Shown piece by piece: positions 26,464 through 32,000 of a stretch of 32,000 nucleotides of DNA. Numbering within the stretch: the stretch's first letter is position 1; every line of letters begins with the position of its first letter. The stretch is from Rhizobiaceae bacterium. GTDB lineage: Bacteria > Pseudomonadota > Alphaproteobacteria > Rhizobiales > MH13. The notes beneath the pieces were generated by a model. The model searched no databases, was not told the DNA's origin, and saw nothing but the letters and a program-made list of their open reading frames with translations. Made by a program: the position numbers and the translations under genes. The DNA is taken from assembly GCA_043513715.1 (NCBI GenBank), contig CP121335.1, positions 1,247,799 through 1,279,798 on the forward strand, written 5' to 3'.

Positions 26464-26896
26464 TGTCACGCGACCTTGCTCTGATGGGGCCCAGCATATC
26501 ATCAGGCTGTTTTCGGCTGACAGTATCGACGCGGTTGAGACAGTGTACATAGATAGAATGGCGTTTGCAGCGGCGCGCATCGACGAGGACGAGGCTGCAT
26601 CGTCCGGCTTGCTGGCGCACATAGAATCCGGGATTGATCGGGTGATAGGTCTCAATCAAGAATCGGATAACAGTTTCAGCACCACGTTCGTTGACGGTGC
26701 AACGGGCTTTTATGCTGATCAGCGGCTTGGTCGTGACCGCCGCATGATTACGATGACGCTATGCCAAAATTGGGCAGGCGACCCAAATACGTGCAGGAAC
26801 GCAAACATCGTCTTTTACGGCGAAGACCAACCCTACCATTGCGATTTCAATATCGCGCTAAACACCTTCATGACCTATGAGCGGGAGCAAGAGTGA
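26441..26896 (+). CDS. Hypothetical protein (orphan ORF in AT-richer spacer)
   Basis: 151-aa ORF with a GTG start, no SD and no motif I recognise. Its codon and base composition differ from the bch/puf genes. Coding status is uncertain. Confidence 0.3.
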   Translation: MSPDPRTDVTRPCSDGAQHIIRLFSADSIDAVETVYIDRMAFAAARIDEDEAASSGLLAHIESGIDRVIGLNQESDNSFSTTFVDGATGFYADQRLGRDRRMITMTLCQNWAGDPNTCRNANIVFYGEDQPYHCDFNIALNTFMTYEREQE

Positions 26897-26908
26897 TGGC
26901 CAGAATGC

Positions 26909-27358
26909 CTACGCACGTTTAAGGCCCGCTCGCCTGCGATGGTTTGTGAGCACCGCAAGATCGTCGCGTTGGTGTGCCATCTTGTCATTTAAAACACGCG
27001 GCCACGAGGCCTCCCGTCGATACCGGCATTTGGGCGCGAAGAAGTAACGAGGTGCGGTTTCCGGTGCGTTGACGCCCATCGCCTTTAGGATCTTAGGCCG
27101 ATCATGCCGGATGCGCTGTGTGGACAGCTTGCCGAAAAAAGGGAGTATAAGGACTGTGAAAGCGCGCCGCATGGGGGAGCTTTCATGGGTGCCTTGCCCA
27201 TTGTTCTGGAGAAAACGGCGCTCGCTAGACAGGCACTTACCTGCGCATTCAAGGCTTTGAAAAGTACCAGAGGGCTGAGCCTGCGTATTGGTCCATCGGT
27301 TGGCACGTGCGGCGCAAAGCAGCCTGCCAAAGCAAATGGCTAAGCCAAGAACAGCCAC
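26909..27358 (-). CDS. Hypothetical protein, possible signal peptide (orphan ORF)
   Basis: 149-aa ORF with a GTG start. The N-terminus MAVLGLAICFGRLLCAARA looks signal-like and the C-terminus is basic. No recognisable family, and competing ORFs exist on the opposite strand. Confidence 0.3.
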   Translation of the reverse strand: MAVLGLAICFGRLLCAARANRWTNTQAQPSGTFQSLECAGKCLSSERRFLQNNGQGTHESSPMRRAFTVLILPFFGKLSTQRIRHDRPKILKAMGVNAPETAPRYFFAPKCRYRREASWPRVLNDKMAHQRDDLAVLTNHRRRAGLKRA

Positions 27359-27405
27359 AGCCAGTCGCTATTGCTCTGTTTTAAACAGGAATGCCCTGTT
27401 TTGCC

Positions 27406-28566
27406 CTACTGCGCAGCGGTTGCAGCGCCAGCGTTGGCCAGGTTCATGAGGTCCGCAGCCGCGCCCGTTGAAAGGGGCCCAAAAGACTCCAGGCGTATCA
27501 GTCGGCCGGTCAGCGCATCTGCCAAGTACACGCCGTCATCAGCATGCATCTGCAGCTGGAAGGGCGCAGTGAGATCAATGTCCGAGGCAGCACGTGTTCC
27601 GCCAAGGCTGCGCAATGTGCCACGCAGCAGGCCATCGCTGCCCGGTGCAATCACACTGACAAGCTCGCCGTTACTGCTGTCGACAATGGTGATGCTGCCA
27701 TCGGCTTGATCGGCGAAAAGCAAATCCTGTGAAAATGCAATTGCCGCGTCTGCAGGGCGCTGGCTTGTGCCGATACCACCATATTGGGCGATGCCAACTG
27801 CAATCACCGTAACGATCGCAAGGCTTGCCGCCATGATAACCATCGGTTTGGGGATGTAGTGAGGGTCGGTCTCTCGTGGGTCAGGCCTTGAGGCGTGTTT
27901 GCTGGTCTTCAGGGCCTCTTCGGGCGAGGCAGATGCTTTGACGCTGCTGCGCTCAAGCGCTTCGTTGGTTTCAACGTAAGAGGTGAATGCGTCAGTCAAC
28001 AAGCGCGCAACGTTTTCGGCCTGCGGAATGGCGCGCAAAGTTGGCTCGGTCTGCGCCATCTTCCACGGGCGTACGTGCGGCCACATGATCATGTAAGCAA
28101 TCGATGTGCCCGGCTTTAGGGCCGCTGACAGGTTGCCGGTTCCATTGGGGTAATGCTTGAGCGCCGCACCGGCCAGCGCCGCGAAAGGCACGTTAAAGGT
28201 CTTTTGAATGGCAACGCCAATGCGCATCACGATGCGCTTGTTGGTGATTGTGTAAACGGTTGTTTTTTGAACAAACCACGCCAGTAGATAGAGGATGCTC
28301 AGGCCGACAGCACCGAAGGCAAGCATGACACCAGCTTCACCCAACGCCACGCTCAGGCTGGTGCCTGTTGAAAGGTCAAGGACGATGCGGGTTGTCGCGC
28401 CCAGCGCCAGAAGGCTTGCAATGATGCGTGTTTTGAAGACCTGGCGAGCAAAGGCCCGCCAGGCTGGTGCGCCTTGCCACAACACGAACTCGCCACGCGG
28501 CAATGTCGCAGGAAGCCCGCGGACAGGCTCGGTGGCATAGTCATCGTGATTGTGGATGTAGTTCAT
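27406..28566 (-). CDS. puhB-puhC: Fused PuhB-PuhC reaction-centre assembly protein
   Basis: The N-terminal ~215 aa are PuhB-like, with two TM helices followed by TVYTITNKRIVMRIGVAIQKTF...MWPHVRPW. The C-terminal ~150 aa are PuhC-like, with a single TM helix MVIMAASLAIVTVIAVGIA followed by LLFADQADGSITIVD, GLLRGTLRSL, PFQLQMHADDGVYLADALTGRLIRLESFGP. No stop codon separates the two parts. ATGA overlap with the puhA stop. Confidence 0.85.
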   Translation of the reverse strand: MNYIHNHDDYATEPVRGLPATLPRGEFVLWQGAPAWRAFARQVFKTRIIASLLALGATTRIVLDLSTGTSLSVALGEAGVMLAFGAVGLSILYLLAWFVQKTTVYTITNKRIVMRIGVAIQKTFNVPFAALAGAALKHYPNGTGNLSAALKPGTSIAYMIMWPHVRPWKMAQTEPTLRAIPQAENVARLLTDAFTSYVETNEALERSSVKASASPEEALKTSKHASRPDPRETDPHYIPKPMVIMAASLAIVTVIAVGIAQYGGIGTSQRPADAAIAFSQDLLFADQADGSITIVDSSNGELVSVIAPGSDGLLRGTLRSLGGTRAASDIDLTAPFQLQMHADDGVYLADALTGRLIRLESFGPLSTGAAADLMNLANAGAATAAQ

Positions 28567-29360
28567 AGCAGTGGTGCCGAGCGGTTGGGTTGCGCGTAGA
28601 AATAGCCAGCACCGAAGTAGCCCATGATTTTCTCTTCTTCGAGCATGGTGATTTCGTCGGACTTGGCAGTCGCTGGCACATCCTTGAAGTGCTTGCCTTC
28701 AACGGCGTGCACGTAAAGTGAGGGGGTTTCCCCGCCTTTGACGATCGCAAAGTTGGTTGGCATCAACACGTTGCGTGCTTTCTCGCCTTTGCCAACGGCA
28801 ATCTCGAAGTAGCGGATGACGCTTTCAGCCTGATCGATCCAAACATCGACAACCTTGCCGCCAACTTTGCCATCAACGCCAACAACATCAGCGCCAATTG
28901 GGTTGGGATCGCCATCAGGAATTACGTAGGCGTCCAGCGACTTCATCGGGCGAATTTTTACAGCGCCAGTGTCCATGATGTCGGGGACATCTGCCCGCAA
29001 GGCGTAGGCACCTGGGCCAACACCGTCCAGCATCGGGTTTTTGCCCGTTGGATCTTTGGGCGCACCTGACCAAGGCTCAGATGGCGCAAGCGCTAGTTCG
29101 CGGGCCTCGCGCTCATAGTTAGGGACCGTCACCTCGCCGTGGCCGTGGGCCATTTTAAAGGTTTTGGGCGTTGGCATATAGATGCCGTGGTTATAAACGG
29201 CGCCGGTTTCATCAGACTCCAGCGGATAGCCTTCGCGGCGTCCTTCGGCCTGTAGATAGAAAACCAGTGCTCCGAAGAACAACCAGAATACGTAGAGTAG
29301 CACCTGCGCCAAATCGAGTTGGCCGGTGAAGTTGACGAAGTCAAACTGGGAAAAATCCAT
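28563..29360 (-). CDS. puhA: Photosynthetic reaction centre H subunit
   Basis: MDFSQFDFVNFTGQLDLAQVLLYVFWLFFGALVFYLQAEGRREGYPLE with a PRC-barrel C-terminus. The ATG at 29360 with GGAGGG 4 nt upstream is preferred over the tracked TTG at 29372. Confidence 0.95.
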   Translation of the reverse strand: MDFSQFDFVNFTGQLDLAQVLLYVFWLFFGALVFYLQAEGRREGYPLESDETGAVYNHGIYMPTPKTFKMAHGHGEVTVPNYEREARELALAPSEPWSGAPKDPTGKNPMLDGVGPGAYALRADVPDIMDTGAVKIRPMKSLDAYVIPDGDPNPIGADVVGVDGKVGGKVVDVWIDQAESVIRYFEIAVGKGEKARNVLMPTNFAIVKGGETPSLYVHAVEGKHFKDVPATAKSDEITMLEEEKIMGYFGAGYFYAQPNRSAPLL

Positions 29361-29632
29361 GTTGCCCTCCAAATGCTCCCTTAAGCGTCAAACGTGGCAG
29401 GCCAAATGCGCTGGCTGCCGAGCGGGTGGCTGAACTGGGCGTAGCGGAAACTGTTGTGCGGGCCGACATAAGGCCGTGAGCGGTGAACCGCCTGATTGCC
29501 CTGAAAATGTCGATCGACGCGCGTCACTGGCTTCGTCCATTCTGTTGGTCTGGCGGCATGCGCCAAGCACTATCCCCTCACGCCGCAATGGCTGGGATAG
29601 ACCGGGTCAGAATACGGTTGAACAGCATAAAG

Positions 29633-29666
29633 TGTCAACCAAATTGGACGTTGAAAATAGTTTACA
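29633..29666. promoter_or_regulatory. Composite degenerate PpsR/CrtJ-like operator upstream of puhA
   Basis: The sequence aagTGTCAAccaaattggACGTtgaaaatagtttACA contains TGT-N12-ACG and CGT-N12-ACA boxes that overlap by 3 nt within a central ACGT. On the minus strand, TTGACA (29638-29633) reads as a -35 with TATTCT 18 nt downstream (29614-29609). Confidence 0.4.
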
Positions 29667-29719
29667 ATCGCGGGGTGCGGCCACAAAACCGTTTTTGGTG
29701 GGTCGCTATGGCTGGCCGA

Positions 29720-30250
29720 TTACGCCGCTGGCGCCCAAAGATCGGCCCAGCGTTCCACATAAAGCCGAAACCAGGGGGTGAACTGCTCTGGCGACTCAGC
29801 AATTTCGTGAGCCAGATCAGCCATGCTGATCCACCGGGTCTGGGCAACTTCTTCGGGATTGGGTGTGTGGGACCATTGTGCAGGGTCCACCGTTCCGGTG
29901 AACATGTGCACCCGTTCATGCTCGGTTAGCCCGCCGCCCACATCAGCCTTGTAGGTCACAATGCCGATGGGCAACAGTGGCAGCGTTCCGCCAAGTTCCT
30001 CGCCCATGCGGCGATGGGCGCTTGCCGCAATGTCCTCTTCCCAGTGCGGGTGGCTACAACAGGTGTTCGCCCACAAACCGCCGCAGTGATACTTGTCGTG
30101 GGCGCGCTGTTGGATGAGCAAGTCGCCAGACGGGCTAAACACAAAAATGGAAATGGCAATATGCAAGGCACCGAGTTCATGCGCCTTCATTTTCTCGATG
30201 GGGTAGAGTTTTCCGTCGTCTGCGATGGCGGGAATGGTGATTTGCGTCAT
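29720..30250 (-). CDS. idi: Isopentenyl-diphosphate delta-isomerase, type 1 (Nudix fold)
   Basis: 176 aa with LHIAISIFVF, LLIQQRAHDKYHCGGLWANTCCSHP and LTEHERVHMF. ATGA overlap with the bchJ stop. Confidence 0.9.
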   Translation of the reverse strand: MTQITIPAIADDGKLYPIEKMKAHELGALHIAISIFVFSPSGDLLIQQRAHDKYHCGGLWANTCCSHPHWEEDIAASAHRRMGEELGGTLPLLPIGIVTYKADVGGGLTEHERVHMFTGTVDPAQWSHTPNPEEVAQTRWISMADLAHEIAESPEQFTPWFRLYVERWADLWAPAA

Positions 30251-30939
30251 GATAAACTCGTGGGCTGGGTCGACTGCCAGCTTAGACGCATCGTGCGTGC
30301 GCTTCTATGCCCATTTGCATCCGCACTAGCCGGTAGCGCCTCGGTGACTTTGCTTTTCGGGTGCACCAGCGCGGCAAACAGCTTTTCCAGCGTGGCGGTA
30401 TAGTAGACGCAGGCTTCATCGGGTGCGTAGACTTGGGAGCAGCCGGGGCATGCGGTAAGTTTAAGGTGCGTTGATGGGCCAATGGTGTAGGTAAATGCGC
30501 CGCTGCCAGCGAATGTCCATGCATGTTGGGCGATGGCGCGCAGCAGCACACGGCTGGCAAGGTGGGCCGGCATCCATCTCAGCAAGGCTTGAACTGGCTT
30601 TGGAATGCGATGGGCAAGAATGTACTGCCCCGTCTGTGTGCCTGCCTTGCTCAATATGGCCAGAGCTGGGGCATGGGGCAGGGTGGTGCGCACGGCCTGG
30701 TGCAGGCGTACAACGTCCTGCTCATCGACCATGCTTGATGGCGCCGCGTCCAGATAGTGACTTAGCCCTGCCTGATGCATGATAGAGCGCATTTGCGCGT
30801 TGCCGAGGGTATTTGTCAGCACGTCTTGCACTTGCAGGATAGCGTTGGGCCCGATTTTGCCGGGCGCAGAGCCAATATCAACAGCCGAGGCAGTCCCGCC
30901 ACGTGCGTGAAGCGAAGGCGAGGCTGTGCTGCTGTTCAT
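30247..30939 (-). CDS. bchJ: Bacteriochlorophyll 4-vinyl reductase-associated protein (V4R domain)
   Basis: [29 protein letters not shown], and a C-terminal V4R-like region with CPGC. ATGA overlap with the bchE stop. The bchE-bchJ pairing is conserved. Confidence 0.85.
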   Translation of the reverse strand: MNSSTASPSLHARGGTASAVDIGSAPGKIGPNAILQVQDVLTNTLGNAQMRSIMHQAGLSHYLDAAPSSMVDEQDVVRLHQAVRTTLPHAPALAILSKAGTQTGQYILAHRIPKPVQALLRWMPAHLASRVLLRAIAQHAWTFAGSGAFTYTIGPSTHLKLTACPGCSQVYAPDEACVYYTATLEKLFAALVHPKSKVTEALPASADANGHRSARTMRLSWQSTQPTSLS

Positions 30940-32000
30940 TCGGCGGGCGTGCTTTCAGCTGCGTTGTTGCTCTTGGGCGCGTGGCGGCCCTTGTCCTTGG
31001 GCCCGCCAAAGAGTGTGACACGGCCGACTTTTTCCGCTTCTTCCATCTGTTCTTCGCTCAGTTGCATTGGAGCGCCGCCGCAGGCCATGGCTTTGGCAGC
31101 CTCGTGCATGGTGCTTTCTGGCCGGTTGTGGTTGGTTTGCCATTCCACCTTGCTGGCATCAAAGCGCTGCTTGGTGGTGTCGAATTTGAAGTCCACCTTG
31201 CCCTTGGATTGCGGCCCCCAATAGCCCACGCGACCAAGATCGTAGAACGTGCGCTCAAAGCCGGCTTTCATGAACGCTTTCAGGCAGCCAAGCAGATACT
31301 TGCGGCGTTGGCCGGTGCCTTTCCACGGATAGCTGAAAAGCGCCTTGTTCATATAGAAACGTCGGTAATTGTGCATGACGCGGTCAAGAAGCGTCGCGCG
31401 ATCCATGCTCTCGGGCTTCATAATGGGGGTGACAAAATTGTATTTGTCGAAGTCAAACACCTCCACCTTGTCGCCCAGCTCCTGGAACAGATCGGAAAAC
31501 GGCCATGGCGTGTACATCGCCCAATTGGCAAGGTCTGGCTCCCAATCGCGGGCCATCTGGTAGGTTTCTTCCAGCGTCTCGACGGTTTCGTTTTCAAGGC
31601 CGACGATGAACTGCGCTTCTGTGACGATGCCCGCATCGCGCAGCAGTTTGATAGCCCGCTTGTTCTCTTCGATTGTGGTCTCTTTGTTGAAAAGATCGAG
31701 CTTCATCTGGGCAGCCGCTTCGGTGCCTAGCGAAATGTGAACCAAGCCTGCCTTGCGGTAGAAGGGCAGCAGTTCTTCATCTCGCAAAATGTCGGTGACG
31801 CGGGTGTTGATGCCCCACAACACATCGAGGTCGCGGTCAATCAGCTCCTGGCAGAACTGGATGAATTTCTTGCGGTTGATGGTGGGTTCTTCGTCGGCCA
31901 AAATGAAGAAGCCGATATCGTGCTCCTTCACCAGAACCTCAATTTCATCGACCACCTTTTTGGGGTCGCGGATTCGGTAGTCGCGCCAGAATTTCCACTG
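30936..32000 (-). CDS. bchE: Anaerobic Mg-protoporphyrin IX monomethyl ester oxidative cyclase (radical SAM/B12), C-terminal part; gene continues past the window edge
   Basis: The frame is open to nt 32000 ([46 protein letters not shown]...). Conserved BchE C-terminal region, including VGYWGPQ and a Lys/Glu-rich tail. Confidence 0.93.
   Translation of the reverse strand, partial: QWKFWRDYRIRDPKKVVDEIEVLVKEHDIGFFILADEEPTINRKKFIQFCQELIDRDLDVLWGINTRVTDILRDEELLPFYRKAGLVHISLGTEAAAQMKLDLFNKETTIEENKRAIKLLRDAGIVTEAQFIVGLENETVETLEETYQMARDWEPDLANWAMYTPWPFSDLFQELGDKVEVFDFDKYNFVTPIMKPESMDRATLLDRVMHNYRRFYMNKALFSYPWKGTGQRRKYLLGCLKAFMKAGFERTFYDLGRVGYWGPQSKGKVDFKFDTTKQRFDASKVEWQTNHNRPESTMHEAAKAMACGGAPMQLSEEQMEEAEKVGRVTLFGGPKDKGRHAPKSNNAAESTPAE

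Noticed and set aside
27383-27401. Hairpin aaacagg/cctgttt just beyond the puhB-puhC stop
   Set aside because: On the puh (minus) strand it is followed by an A-run rather than a U-run. On the plus strand there is no upstream gene for it to terminate. The stem is 7 bp and AT-rich.
29381-29588. 61- and 66-aa minus-strand ORFs immediately upstream of puhA (possible lhaA remnant?)
   Set aside because: They have no SD, are basic and non-hydrophobic (LhaA is a polytopic membrane protein), and sit in competing frames. I cannot show any similarity by eye.
30903-31730. 275-aa + strand ORF opposite bchE
   Set aside because: It is antisense to a clearly conserved radical-SAM bchE reading frame and is a typical GC-rich shadow ORF.
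1-32000. CRISPR arrays, IS elements/transposases, integrases, rRNA and tRNA genes
   Set aside because: I saw no regularly spaced repeats, no terminal inverted repeats flanking an ORF, no DDE or tyrosine-recombinase-like ORFs, and no structured-RNA signatures anywhere in the window.

Overview
GC-rich alphaproteobacterial photosynthesis gene cluster (purple-bacterial or aerobic anoxygenic phototroph type). The crtEF-bchCXYZ-pufQBALM core resembles Rhodobacter. Gene order, with > and < marking strand: ferric-reductase-like TM protein > < cytochrome P450 | 7-TM protein > | < CSS-motif/EAL c-di-GMP phosphodiesterase split by a frameshift | < crtI | ATP-grasp enzyme > bchI bchD bchO crtB tspO orf53 > | < crtC < crtD | crtE crtF > | bchC bchX bchY bchZ pufQ pufB pufA pufL pufM > strong terminator | about 1.5 kb of AT-richer orphan spacer | < puhB-puhC (single fused ORF) < puhA | < idi < bchJ < bchE (runs off the right edge). 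PpsR/CrtJ-type TGT-N12-ACA palindromes lie in the expected promoter gaps (bchI, crtD/crtE, bchC). One more lies in the P450/7-TM divergent gap, and a degenerate composite lies upstream of puhA. The most notable observations follow. (1) puhB and puhC form one 386-aa ORF. (2) An ATP-grasp enzyme sits where Rhodobacter has crtA. (3) A P450/membrane-protein module with a PpsR-like box sits at the left edge. (4) There are three reading-frame anomalies: the CSS-EAL gene, the crtB 5' end and the crtC start. (5) An untracked 53-aa membrane ORF is coupled to tspO. (6) The puf and puh operons converge on an orphan spacer, and pufC, pufX, lhaA and puhE are absent here. I saw no tRNA, rRNA, CRISPR array, transposase or integrase. 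All family calls come from motif and pattern recognition by eye; no searches were run. Several starts are GTG or TTG and remain uncertain.
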